Shown here: in pieces, positions 53,345-64,000 of the stretch
Layout: every line of letters begins with the position of its first letter
How positions within the stretch are numbered: the stretch's first letter is position 1
Position numbers and translations under genes: made by a program
Notes under the pieces: model-generated
What the model was told of the DNA's origin: nothing
Seen by the model: only the letters and a program-made list of their open reading frames with translations
Database searches by the model: none
Source of the DNA: Eledone cirrhosa
Taxonomy: Eukaryota
NCBI GenBank assembly: GCA_964016885.1
Contig: OZ024740.1
Span: 309,690,001 to 309,754,000, forward strand
Direction of reading: 5' to 3'
Length of the DNA stretch: 64,000 nucleotides

Positions 53345-54455
53345 AATTCCATATATGGTCAAAGTGATTGTCAAAAATCAGTAGTAATTCTGTGGTTGCA
53401 AATTAGTAGGGGAGATGGTGGCTAAACCTGCCAGTAGGAGAAAGAGGGGAGGGGGTGGAGTAGACCCAATCAAGCGTTGGTAGTGCCAGCTACAGCTGGG
53501 CATGAGGTCAAAGAAGATACAGGGGAGGGGGAGGGGGAGGAAGTCGGAACGGTAGGTAGAACAATTGGGGGTAGAAATAGGAAAGAAAAAAAAAAAAAAA
53601 TACTGAGAGTGCAGAAAGGCAAATAAGTGTAAAGAAAAGTAAAGTAAATTAAATTCTACGACCTAGGTGTCAGGCTATTGTTAGGCGAGAATAAAATAAA
53701 GAAAGAAAGAAAGAAGTAAAAAAATAAATAAATGAATAAATAAGGAAATAAGTAAGAGAACTAGGTGGGACGGATAAGGCAAGGACCCTTTTAAGAGGTA
53801 TAAGTACGTAAATGATACGGTGACGGGTCAACAAAAGGGGCCAAAATACTAAAGAGACTACCACGAAATAAACAATAAAGGTTTCCATCCCGGGCCAGCA
53901 ACGACCCAGTGCAGCAAAGTGAACTTGTACGAGATAATAATTCTGAGTCCCGAGAAAAATATATACTAATGCTAACTCTAAAAGATCTAAAACAAGCTAC
54001 ATGAAAGTTCGTACGAAATAAAGGTAGAATACGGAGAAATAAATTCAGAATCCACCCCGCCCAGAAGAAGAGCGAAGCAAGAAATACTGAAACGAAAAAA
54101 TAAGGCATGTGCCACTAAGAAATATAGAGGGCACAGAGAATAGTGGGAGCGGTCGGAAAAAGGGGGAAAGTATCCGGGGTCTAAGCCAGCTGCTATAAAG
54201 GGCGGAGTCCGCCAAATCTATCAAAGACTAGGGGAGGGGGGTGGGGGTACTAAGGCTACATGGGGCCAAAGGGCAGCCTCGGGTGGGCGAGAAAAGACGC
54301 CGACAAAGGAGAAGAGCTGGGGTAGAAGGACAAAGGGGAGAGGGGGGAAGGAAATAAAGGAAGCGATAAAAGAATACAAAGAAGATCTTACGTCTTCCTT
54401 GGCAAGCAGGGGTTACCTATTGCAAAATCGGCAACTGGGGTGTTATAGCCCTAGT

Positions 54456-55886
54456 CTACCCCCCCGGGTCATTATGGGGTTTGAGGGCGAGGTAAGTCCT
54501 ACGCAATCTATGTTTACATGCAGTAACCAGTTCATCTTTCTTGTTTAGGAGTTGGTCCGTCGAAAACAGCATATGTAAAGTTTCCTCCGAGCATAAATTG
54601 CACGGACGGCGTCCTCCCGTGTAAGAATTGGCTCTGGACAGTAATCTCCAAGTGAGATCATAGGTGATGTTGTTGTCCTTGAGGTCCCATATGTGGCCCG
54701 AAAGTGTAGTGGCGTGACGCCGGGCCGGGTTTCGGAAGGTATGTCTATGTTGGTATAGCCGGGTCTTGAAGTCACATGCGGTAAGTCCTATATAGGCTTT
54801 GTTGGAGGTATCCGTCCTCACGTTGCACTGGTAGATCACATTACGGTCTCTGCATCTATTGTCGAGTGGGCAAATAGATCTATCCGGGCAGTTACACCTC
54901 CTGGTCGGTTCTCCACTGCTAATTAGGTTATTTCTGCCATCGGGGTTGAGTTTTTTGTTGTTAGAGGAGACGATGTTTTGTGCGAAGTTTGGTGTAGTGC
55001 TGTAAGAGAGTTTGATGGTATTTTTGTTAATTATGTTGTGGTAGCGGTGTTGTAATGGGAAGTGTTTTTCAATGAGCCTAAAGAATAGTTTCCCGATGGG
55101 AGTAGTCACCTCTGCGTTGTGGGGAGGATTGAACCATGTTACATTGCGTGAGCGGCGGTGTCTCCTGCTGGTTCCGCTAATGGGAGCTGGACAGTAGGAT
55201 ATTTCCTCCCGGAAACCACTCCGCTTGAGGGCCTGGTTGTAATAAGGCGCATGTTCATCGAATATCCGCTCATTAGCTGACAAACGGGATATGCGGAGGG
55301 AGATGTTTTTGACCAGGTTGTTTGTGATGTTCCTAGGATGGTTTGATCGGCGGTGGATGTAGTGCAGATTGTCATTAGGTTTCCTGTATGGGTAGTACAG
55401 GTCGTTTTCGAGGTCGAGGGTTACGTCCAGGAAGTTTACTCGGGTCAGGGACGTTTGTAGGGTTATTTTAAATCCCCAGTCGCGGAAGAATCTGATTAAT
55501 TGTTTCCGGACCCGATCTGTACTACTGGGGTTGTACCCTTTAAGGGTAAGGAGCCCATCATCACGGTACAATCCACCACCGAATGCAGGAAACATATCAG
55601 TGAGTTTGGCTATTAGGAATAATCCTATAAGATCAGTGACCTCCGCCGAATCCGTGGCGCCCATGCTGACGTCGAAGGGTGAGTCGGGAGCTCTTTTTAT
55701 CCATTTAGAGTCGTCAAAGAGTAAGACTGTCTTCCTGGCGTGGAGGATGATTTTTCTTTCCTGGTCGGTGATGGGCACGAGTGTTTCGGCGAAGTCCAAG
55801 GCGGCAGTAAGTAGCGGTAAGGTGATAGAAGCATAGTAGCTCTCTATGTCGAACTGTATGAATTTAGTTTCTCGTTTATCCTCCAT
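54456..55886 (-). CDS. PLE RT (C-terminal part) + CxC linker + GIY-YIG endonuclease, uninterrupted but N-terminally truncated
   Basis: QFDIESYY, MGATDSAEVTDLIG, GLYRDD, NFLDVTL, CNCPDRSICPLDNRC, VIYQ...AYIGLT...FKTR, CNLC and LLNKKDELVTACKHR. Confidence 0.9.
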   Translation of the reverse strand: MEDKRETKFIQFDIESYYASITLPLLTAALDFAETLVPITDQERKIILHARKTVLLFDDSKWIKRAPDSPFDVSMGATDSAEVTDLIGLFLIAKLTDMFPAFGGGLYRDDGLLTLKGYNPSSTDRVRKQLIRFFRDWGFKITLQTSLTRVNFLDVTLDLENDLYYPYRKPNDNLHYIHRRSNHPRNITNNLVKNISLRISRLSANERIFDEHAPYYNQALKRSGFREEISYCPAPISGTSRRHRRSRNVTWFNPPHNAEVTTPIGKLFFRLIEKHFPLQHRYHNIINKNTIKLSYSTTPNFAQNIVSSNNKKLNPDGRNNLISSGEPTRRCNCPDRSICPLDNRCRDRNVIYQCNVRTDTSNKAYIGLTACDFKTRLYQHRHTFRNPARRHATTLSGHIWDLKDNNITYDLTWRLLSRANSYTGGRRPCNLCSEETLHMLFSTDQLLNKKDELVTACKHRLRRTYLALKPHNDPGG

Positions 55887-56251
55887 TATATATATATCCT
55901 TCGTTTATCCTTCGTTATATATATATATATAGATATATAGATATATATATATATATATAGATATATATATAGAGATATATATATATAGATTTCTTTTATT
56001 TGCCACTAGGGCATCAAAAGTGGGACAAGTACAAAGGGGGGAGTTTACACAAAAAGGCGTCCTCAATAAGGAGGAGGCAATAACAAAATATAAAAATAAA
56101 ATAAGATATAACAAAAAATAAAATTTTTAACAAAATCCTCAATAGAGAGGAGGCGCCTTGGGGGGTCGCACACACCCCCGAAAAAAGTGTGCAACCCTTC
56201 TCCTCAGGAGCACAGAGAAGGGGTGCTCCCTTGGTCTTTCATCTTCCTCAC

Positions 56252-59200
56252 CTATAGTCTGATGTAGAGTGAAGGCCCATTCACACGGGCCATTCTCGCC
56301 ACTTTCACCCATCTTTCATAGAAACGGCTGGGGTGCAGCACCTCTCTCTCCATCCTGATCCTTCTTCCGAAATGATATCGGAAGAAACGGACCAGTTGTT
56401 GGCCAGAGAGAAAGGTGCCTGACCTCAGTCCTTTCAGACGCGTCCACCATACAACCTCTTTCGCCATGGCTATTACGCACAGAAACACCGCCTCTGCTTC
56501 ATCTTTGAAGGGGGGAGGCGGTTTGATCATTACAATAGACTCGGTGGTCAACCGGATCGGTCCCACCCTTGACAGCAGTTGTTCGACATAGCCCCACAGA
56601 TCGGCTACGCCCGAGCAGTGTACCAATGCGTGTGCAACGGTTTCCTCGTCGCACACGCATCTGGGACAGATCTTTTTGGCGGGGTCCCTACCCGGGCGCC
56701 CGTGTCTGTAGAGCCTTTCTCGAACGGGTAGAGCCCCTCGGTAGCACTGCCAGGCCAGGGACTTCTGGAAGTTGTCCATAGGTCCTGGGCTGAATGTCCT
56801 ACCGAACAGGCTGGCCAGTTCGTCCTCCTCCATGTCTAGGGCTTCTCCGAGGGCGTCGTCGCACCTGCTGCGTACCAGCCCTCTATAGAATGTTGCGGTG
56901 GAGTCTCCACTGATAACCGGATCCGCCTGCCAGAGGGCGGTGAGCGCCTGGGCACACTCAGTGTGCCAGGCGCCCAGTTTTCTCGGTCTTTGCTTGACCC
57001 AGGATTGCAGCTCGGTGAGTGAGACGAGTCTGGGAAAGGTTCGTCTCACAAACGAGGCCCACACCGGTTGTCCGGTGAGGAATACGTAGAGATGCCGTAG
57101 CCTTAATGCGTGTTTACGCATCATTAGCCACGGCATCCCCAGCCCTCCTTTCGAAGGGTGTTGACAGCAGATGGATCTCCTCACCATAGGAGCCCGCCTC
57201 TTCCAAAGGAATTGGAAGAGCGCGCGCTCCATCTTGGTGAGGGTTTCCCTTGGGCAGGGCACTACGGTCAGGCGGTAGTAGATGACGGACGCTATGTAGG
57301 TGTTCGCCACTTCCGCCCGACCTTTCAGGGATAGTTTGCAACTGGCCCACTTCTGGGTCAGTGCAAACACCCTGTTCGTAACCTCCGCCCAGTTTTTCTC
57401 CACCTGGAGGTCCGGTCCGAACCAGACCCCGAGCAACTTCACCGGGCCCTCCGTCCAGCGTCCGACGACGCTATCGGAGGGCATCGGTCTGCCCCTCCAC
57501 GTGCCGAGTTGCAAACCGATCGACTTGTCCCGGTTCAGCTTAGCCCCTGTGAACCTTTCGTACTCCTCCAGTAAGGTGCCGACCGCCTCGATTTCGGAGG
57601 CCGTCGACACCATTACTGTCACGTCATCGGCGTAGGCCGACACCGCTTTCCGCAATCCCGGTTCCAAGGGGATGCCCTGCAACAACTCCAACTTCCGCAG
57701 TAGTGGCTCGAGAGTCAACACATACAGAAGGGAGGAGAGAGGGCACCCTTGTCGGATGGACCGCGCGATTTGGAACGGCTCCGAGAGGTAGCCGTTCACC
57801 TTGACCCTAGAGCAGATGCGGCTGCTGTGCATAGCAGTGATCCAGCCCCTGAAAACGGGTCCGAAGCCTGCCGCCGCTAGCACCGCATCCAGGTAACCAT
57901 GGTCGACCCTATCGAACGCCTTAGATTGATCCAAGTTGATCAAAGCCCCACCAAAGCCGGGTTCGTTCCCAACCCTCTCTATGATGTATCGCATGAGGTG
58001 GAGGTTGTCATGGATGGACCTGGACGGGATAGCGCATGTCTGCGCATCTCCCACCAGGTTGCCCACGACAAGCGCCAACCTCTTTGCTAGCACCTTGGCC
58101 AAAATCTGTAACTCTGTATTTAGCAGTGTTATGGGCCTGAAGTTACTTATTTCGTCCCCCTTGTTCTCGTCCTTCCTCACTAGCGTGACTACGCCCTTGG
58201 TCACAGTACAGGGAATTCTCCCGTTCTGTTGCCAGTTGCAGTAGACCGCCTCGAGGAGATCGGGGAACAAGTCCGGCATAGCTAGATATAATTCGTAAGG
58301 AAGACCATCGAGACCCGGGGATTTGCGTTTGCCGCATTGGCTCAGCACGTCCTCTATCTCAGCGGCCGAAATCGGCTCCTCGCAGGACTTCGCCTCCCTG
58401 TCCGAGAGGCGCGGCAGGCCGTCGAGGTATGGACCGAAGTCCACGTTCCCAACCGGCTCCCCGCCCCTCCCGAACAGTCGGGCAAAGTGCCTTTGAAAGG
58501 CCTCACACATCTGCTTAGGCTCAAGAATCGCCCGTCCATCCAGGTCTCGCAAAGACCGGATGGTGGATTTAGTTCCACTGTTGGCCTCTGTCACGCGGGC
58601 CCAGCTGACAGCTTTGGTCCCCTCGTTCCCTAGAGCACGTATTTTACTTCGGACAACGCAGCCTTCGTGCTTCGCGTCGAAAAACTGGCTCAACGCCGTT
58701 CTCGATGCTAGCACTCTGGCCACGTCGCCGCTTCTAATTGCCTCTTCTACTCTATCTATTAGCTCCCTTTCCTTCCTATTCCTATCCGCAGCTAGAACCT
58801 TACTAAATTCTATCGAGACTACTCTAATCTCTCTCTTTAGAGATACCCACCACCTGCTGTTGACGATCGCTCCAGTCAACCGTTCCTTAACTAACGTACT
58901 AATCCGATTCCTGTAGGCTCTACTTGCCGGCAAGGACAAGTTGAGCTTCCAGTAACCGGGGCCCTGTCTATGAGTTCTGTCAAGGTTGACCATGCAGGTC
59001 ACTAATTTGTGGTCTGAATAGCCAACAATGCGCATTTTTGGACAACTTAAAAAGTCCTTATCCTTAATTCTAACTAAGAACCTATCTAGGTACGAACTAG
59101 ATGATCCGCTACGATTTGCCCAAGTCCAGGTTGGCGCAGTCGGAAAATCTAGTCGATATCTATCGGCCAGGTCAAATCGACCGATTAACCCTTTGAGGCT

Positions 59201-59689
59201 ATTACACCCCTCTCTATCGGGGCAGGCCCCTACGTAGTCCCAGCGTGCATCTAGGATACCATTCCAGTCCCCCACTAATAGCAAGGAGCGGGACGTCCCC
59301 AGAAAAGTCTCCAGACGATGGAAGAAGTCCGGCCGCATTGACCCGAAAGGGCCGTAGGCGGCTACCAACCTAAACGCTCCGCCTTTACCACTGCCAAGGT
59401 CCAGAACCACTAGTCGACCCTCCTGGTCCAAATGTACCATCTGTGTTGCGAGACCCAGATGTTTTTGCAGCAAAACGACAACTCCACCCCCACCTCCGGG
59501 CTGACAGAGAGATGCGTGCATCTCAAAGTCATCAAAGGTGGGGGCCAGCTGTCGCACGTTGCTGATCCGGGCCTCGCAAATAACCATCACATCTATACGT
59601 TGTGACCTGAGGTCATTTAGAAGCATTGCTTGCTTCCAAGTTGAGCCCAGGCCACGCGCATTTAAACAGCCTACTCTTAGCATAGCCAT
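56252..59689 (-). CDS. Tx1/L1-like ORF2: APE + RT + zinc-binding domain (ATG at 59689)
   Basis: Same motifs as copy 1. The ATG is in aacATGg context; the track's GTG start at 59713 directly follows the ORF1 stop. Confidence 0.95.
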   Translation of the reverse strand: MAMLRVGCLNARGLGSTWKQAMLLNDLRSQRIDVMVICEARISNVRQLAPTFDDFEMHASLCQPGGGGGVVVLLQKHLGLATQMVHLDQEGRLVVLDLGSGKGGAFRLVAAYGPFGSMRPDFFHRLETFLGTSRSLLLVGDWNGILDARWDYVGACPDREGCNSLKGLIGRFDLADRYRLDFPTAPTWTWANRSGSSSSYLDRFLVRIKDKDFLSCPKMRIVGYSDHKLVTCMVNLDRTHRQGPGYWKLNLSLPASRAYRNRISTLVKERLTGAIVNSRWWVSLKREIRVVSIEFSKVLAADRNRKERELIDRVEEAIRSGDVARVLASRTALSQFFDAKHEGCVVRSKIRALGNEGTKAVSWARVTEANSGTKSTIRSLRDLDGRAILEPKQMCEAFQRHFARLFGRGGEPVGNVDFGPYLDGLPRLSDREAKSCEEPISAAEIEDVLSQCGKRKSPGLDGLPYELYLAMPDLFPDLLEAVYCNWQQNGRIPCTVTKGVVTLVRKDENKGDEISNFRPITLLNTELQILAKVLAKRLALVVGNLVGDAQTCAIPSRSIHDNLHLMRYIIERVGNEPGFGGALINLDQSKAFDRVDHGYLDAVLAAAGFGPVFRGWITAMHSSRICSRVKVNGYLSEPFQIARSIRQGCPLSSLLYVLTLEPLLRKLELLQGIPLEPGLRKAVSAYADDVTVMVSTASEIEAVGTLLEEYERFTGAKLNRDKSIGLQLGTWRGRPMPSDSVVGRWTEGPVKLLGVWFGPDLQVEKNWAEVTNRVFALTQKWASCKLSLKGRAEVANTYIASVIYYRLTVVPCPRETLTKMERALFQFLWKRRAPMVRRSICCQHPSKGGLGMPWLMMRKHALRLRHLYVFLTGQPVWASFVRRTFPRLVSLTELQSWVKQRPRKLGAWHTECAQALTALWQADPVISGDSTATFYRGLVRSRCDDALGEALDMEEDELASLFGRTFSPGPMDNFQKSLAWQCYRGALPVRERLYRHGRPGRDPAKKICPRCVCDEETVAHALVHCSGVADLWGYVEQLLSRVGPIRLTTESIVMIKPPPPFKDEAEAVFLCVIAMAKEVVWWTRLKGLRSGTFLSGQQLVRFFRYHFGRRIRMEREVLHPSRFYERWVKVARMARVNGPSLYIRL

Positions 59690-59713
59690 GTTGGTGGTGA
59701 AGAGAAAAGGCAC

Positions 59714-61498
59714 TTACCTCTCTGCGTCCCGAGTATCGGGCTGCACAATTTCCATTAGGGTGGGGGATGGGTTGTTGGGTGGGGTGGTGGTTTGTGGAAG
59801 TGTGGGGGCATCAGTGTGTTGTGTGGTTGGGGAGCTTGGAGTTGTGAGGGTGTTTGGGGAGGGGGTGGGATAGTTTTTTAGGAGGACGCGGTTAATGGGC
59901 CCGACGCAGGGGGGACCCACGTCCTCTTTAAAATTGTTTTTTAAAGTTTTATAGGTGTCCTGTGGGGCCTTAATCATTTTGAGGTGGGGGAAATCCCCTG
60001 CCTGGGTGAAGTTAGGCCCTTGTGTTTTTATTAGATTGTTGTTGTACACAATGTTTAACAGTTTTTTGTTTCTTGTATTTATGTATGTGTATGCATGTTT
60101 TTGTTTTTGTGTGGTGTTTTTTGTTTGCTGTTTTGAGCTCTTTTGTGTTGGTGTCAGTGTTATGTTTTGGGGAGGGTTTTTTTTCATTTGTGTGTCTGAG
60201 GTGTGTTTTCTTTTTTTTCTTTTGATTGTGTGGAAGTGCTCCTCCTCGTCTGACGACGAACTAGGGTCATCTTCCGCGTTGGAGGGGTGGGGTATATTTT
60301 CGGGTTGTGTTTGCGGTACGGGTGTTTTGGAAATTGTTTTTGTTTTTTGGGTGGAGGGGATGGGTTGGACATTGTTTTGTTTTGGTTTGAGCTGTGGTGG
60401 TTGTTTTTGTAGTGGTAGTTGTGGTGATTGTGTTGGTTGTGCAGTTGTTGGTGGTGTAGGCAGGATTGGGGTTTTCTTATTAAGTTGGGGACAGACAGCC
60501 CTCAGGTGACCTCTGGTTCCGCAGAGGTAACACGAGGGCCGTCTACCCTCAACGGTAATGTTGATGAAGGTTAGATCATCCAGTATGACGCGTTCAGGGA
60601 TCTGGGCGATCCTTTCGGGCCTCATTTGAACTACAAGTTCGAGGCTCGTTCCACTGAACGCGTCACCCGATGCCTTTCCCATGGACACCAGCATGTCATC
60701 CTCCAGGTCCAGAAAACCTGTCAAAACCCACCATATGTCCATAATCGGCAGGATGGTGTGGATTTTTATTTTTTGTGTTCTTCTACCCATGTACGTAGGG
60801 TAGAAGGTGTATGCGGTGGATGTGATTGGTTTGATGGACAGTTTCACTGCTGTGTCCCTGTCCTTCATGAGAATGGATAGACTCCCGTAGAGTCTATCCT
60901 TCTGAATGAAGGTGATGTCCTTCATGACGTCTTTTAAAACCAGCTCTATCTCGCTCTGTGATGGTTGAGCTGGTTTTTTACTTTTGTTCGAGATTGTCCT
61001 AAACATGACCGTGTTTAGGAGTCTCTGGCTTTTTAGTTCCGGGGGGGAATGGATTGTGAATGAACCATTTTCCCCGTACACTATATATTTTTTCGCATCC
61101 GCCAGTAGCTCCTTCGCTTTTGTTATATCTACTGGCAGATAGTCGAGGGTTTTCCTTGTCGTCTCGGCGAAGGAGAAATTTTGTTTGTTTGTGTTGTTGT
61201 TGTCGTTGGTGGTGTTGTTGTTATCATTGTTGTTGTTGTCACCGTTATTGGTCTTGTTGTTGTTATTGTTATTGTTATTGGTGTTGCTTTCGTCCGTCGC
61301 ATTGTTGTTGTTGCTGTTGCTGCTGGTTCGTTGGGTTGTTGCCATGGCAACGTCAAGTTGTCGGTTAACAGGTGGAGAGAATTCTTCCTCTGGCTGACCT
61401 ATCTTCTTGACCTCTGCTACTGTGACAGTGGCAGGGGGAAGCTGTAAGTTCATCTTCCCCTTTCCTCCTTCGAATTTTGGTGAAGAAGCTTCGGCCAT
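59714..61498 (-). CDS. Tx1-like ORF1 nucleic-acid chaperone (Asn-rich N-terminus, CCHC knuckle, Pro/Thr/Lys-rich tail), 594 aa
   Basis: CYLCGTRGHLRAVC fits CX2CX4HX4C; located upstream of ORF2. Confidence 0.9.
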   Translation of the reverse strand: MAEASSPKFEGGKGKMNLQLPPATVTVAEVKKIGQPEEEFSPPVNRQLDVAMATTQRTSSNSNNNNATDESNTNNNNNNNNKTNNGDNNNNDNNNTTNDNNNTNKQNFSFAETTRKTLDYLPVDITKAKELLADAKKYIVYGENGSFTIHSPPELKSQRLLNTVMFRTISNKSKKPAQPSQSEIELVLKDVMKDITFIQKDRLYGSLSILMKDRDTAVKLSIKPITSTAYTFYPTYMGRRTQKIKIHTILPIMDIWWVLTGFLDLEDDMLVSMGKASGDAFSGTSLELVVQMRPERIAQIPERVILDDLTFINITVEGRRPSCYLCGTRGHLRAVCPQLNKKTPILPTPPTTAQPTQSPQLPLQKQPPQLKPKQNNVQPIPSTQKTKTISKTPVPQTQPENIPHPSNAEDDPSSSSDEEEHFHTIKRKKRKHTSDTQMKKNPPQNITLTPTQKSSKQQTKNTTQKQKHAYTYINTRNKKLLNIVYNNNLIKTQGPNFTQAGDFPHLKMIKAPQDTYKTLKNNFKEDVGPPCVGPINRVLLKNYPTPSPNTLTTPSSPTTQHTDAPTLPQTTTPPNNPSPTLMEIVQPDTRDAER

Positions 61499-61716
61499 TT
61501 AAAAAAATATTGACTTTTCAACAAGAAAAAAACTTTTTTTTTAACTATTTCGCCTAAAGGCGTAGAATATTTTGAGAGACTGACCAGATCAAAGTTTGAC
61601 CTGGCAGTCCCTCTACAAAATGGTACAAAAATTAAAGTTATCAGACAAGAATTTCTATAGAAATTTAAACAGAACTTACTCAGCAAGTTATACGCGTGTG
61701 TCCATCCCAGAGATAG

Positions 61717-61759
<43 letters not shown>

Positions 61760-61775
61760 TATATATAGATATATA

Positions 61776-61806
<31 letters not shown>

Positions 61807-62779
61807 ATATATATATAGATAGATATATATAGATATAGATATATATAGATATAGATATATATATAGAGAGAGGAATGTTTCGAAAAGATAGATTATTTAG
61901 AATTCTTTTCAATTGTTTCAGTGCATAAATCTTTTGCATATTTCCGTATTTTGGAATCTTCTTTAGAAATTCTCTTCCTTTTAATATATTTAATATAGAT
62001 TTTGGAGTTGTGTCCTCGATTGTAATTACAGATATTACAGATATGCCTTATTGTAAACTTTTCCTAGAGTAAAACATATTCTTAGATTTCAATCGTATTA
62101 TCCGCTCCTTAACATTTCAATCTTTATATTGTTCCATTCTAGTTGCAAGTTTGAGATTTAAATTAACGAACATACGGTCTAGGATAACACGACCTACCAG
62201 TATACTGGTATGGCGTCATTCCTATAATAACCGGATCATACAGGAATTCTTTTCTCATAGCCTGTGCAATGAATACTCTTTTCGTTGTTCGCACTGTTGT
62301 GCAATACTTCAATTATTTTTATTGCTTTTTCCAGCAGTTCCTTCATATTTTGATCTGCCTTGCTTTTATTTTTGGCATTGATTTGCAAACAGGCTCATAA
62401 TACCGCTTTATTTTGACGTGTTGCTTACAAGCCTCTCCGTCGTATGAAGTTCATTCATTTATGTGTTCATACATATATATTAATTATGATTCTGTTATTG
62501 AAATCAACTCCTGGGTGTGTATAGGTTTCATACCACAGTGATGTCATGCCAGTATTTATTAGGTTTAAAAGTTTCGCGAATGACCAGAAGTGATAGATTG
62601 TTTTCGTGGTTTACTTCGCCTAGCCACAAGATGTGATTTCAGGATGAGAGGTTGGCTCATATATTAACAGAATGTAGCCAAACGCTATTGCCTGTGCAGT
62701 CCACATATTCTGGAGCGAGACTTTCTCCTAAAGGTCCTGTATGTTCTCGTGGGGTTACTATGTGTTACTATTGGAATGC

Positions 62780-63350
62780 ACAGCAGCAGATCTAGTGTTA
62801 CTGATGCTATATGCTGATAGGATGATCTTACATATAAACATGCTCATATATATATATATATAAATACATATTCAGATATAGTTGGGATTATTTCATCTTA
62901 AACAGAAACATACTGGCTTGAATTCTGTGAGAATAAATTTAAATAACTCATGAATCTTGGGTAATGACCGAAATAATACGATCACGAATACAAGCGGCAG
63001 AAATGGGTTTCTTCCAATTAGTCTTCCGAGTAACGTTTCTCGAAAGATTGCGTAGCTGGTAGATCAGAGAGTCGCTCAAGGTAGAGTCGCTATTTCTCTG
63101 AACTGAAAGATCATACCTCCGATACTATGGTGTTAAGAATGTCTTAGGAAAGAATCGAGGGACAGATTTTGAGAGTTAATTCAAACAGCAACATACCTAA
63201 GAATAGATCCTGAGAACGATGGGTGGATAACATTTATGAGTTTGGCTGGTCTGGCCTGGCATATAGTCGAATCAATTGGAGACGGTTGGCCCTGACGGAA
63301 CGCATTGTAAGGCGTATTTGAGGACTCTGCCCCACGACCGTACCTGGAAT
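62780..63350 (+). pseudogene. Decayed RTE (Expander/Rex3-like) LINE 3' fragment
   Basis: LMLYAD at about 62800, WVMTEIIRSRIQAAEMGF at 62958-63011 and ESLKVESL. Broken frames; boundaries are approximate. Confidence 0.7.
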
Positions 63351-64000
63351 GAGTGTGTGAAATAGAAATCACATGTTATACATGAAAAGATATTTGATAA
63401 TGTCAAAATACCAATGACAATGCTTCTTTTTCGGTTTGTAATACGGTCCTCGATTTTTGAGAGAAACCAGGAAAACAAAATAAATCATATTCAAATACAT
63501 ATATACAACAACAATACAAAATGTAATACAAATATGTTATAATGATTTGTATTTGTTTTGAGCAGTATACATATTCTCGAGTAGTTTACGTTATGTTTAT
63601 GAGATAAAACTCTCTCTTAAACTACTCACAATTAGAGACATTAAAATACGATTACGGATAATACAGACATTTGCTATGATAAAAAAGCCGAAACACATTA
63701 GCATTTACAGATGACTGCAAATAAAGTACAAATCGGTAGTAAGTGCTTAATTATATTGCCTCTACCATTCTAATCGCTACCAATTAATTGAGAGTGAAGA
63801 CAAACGAGAATAAATCGACGTCTTGACGGTTTTATTTTCATTTTGTTCGAATTACTATTATAAATTATGTTTCTCATTTAAGCTAATTTATTGAGTGATT
63901 TCGAATAGAAATGCCTGAATTTATTTGTTTATTATTTGTATACTGTGAAGTATATATTATCGAATGCTCGTTTTTGAAGTTTGATTTTGCATTCATATTT

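Larger units (their letters stand above)
53239..55888 (-). mobile_element. 5'-truncated Naiad-like Penelope element with about 1.2-kb 3' region, between the two Tx1 copies
   Basis: Open RT-EN ORF, non-coding 3' region ending in a hammerhead-like motif, and (TA)n at both ends. Confidence 0.9.
55990..61711 (-). mobile_element. Full-length L1/Tx1-like LINE, copy 2 (both ORFs intact)
   Basis: As copy 1; flanked by TA/TAGA repeats at 55916-55989 and 61712-61868. Confidence 0.95.

Noticed and set aside
54456-55886. Selenoprotein-type Naiad
   Set aside because: There is no in-frame TGA, and the linker and endonuclease cysteines are ordinary Cys codons in both Naiad-like copies.
61870-64000. Possible host exons in unique-looking AT-rich DNA (also 3600-5000 and 13100-14400)
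   Set aside because: No recognisable protein motif or convincing splice-bounded ORF. Small exons cannot be excluded without RNA data.

Overview
AT-rich animal genomic DNA. The SINE type and (TA)n load suggest an octopus-like cephalopod, which is inference. No host protein-coding exon can be supported. The window is a retroelement cluster embedded in very long (TA)n/(TACA)n/(TAGA)n arrays. It holds two near-identical full-length L1/Tx1-like LINEs, an intact single-ORF RTE LINE with three C-terminal C2H2 fingers and an adjacent bipartite non-autonomous derivative, a young and an old CR1/L2-group LINE, and at least five Penelope-like elements or fragments (Naiad-like and Neptune-like). It also holds two tRNA-type SINEs, a hAT MITE, about ten type I hammerhead-ribozyme-like motifs (some with long stem II inserts or in fold-back hairpins) and a 200-N gap. 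Most long IY/YI-rich ORFs in the track are microsatellite artefacts. All family assignments come from motif recognition by eye, not database searches.
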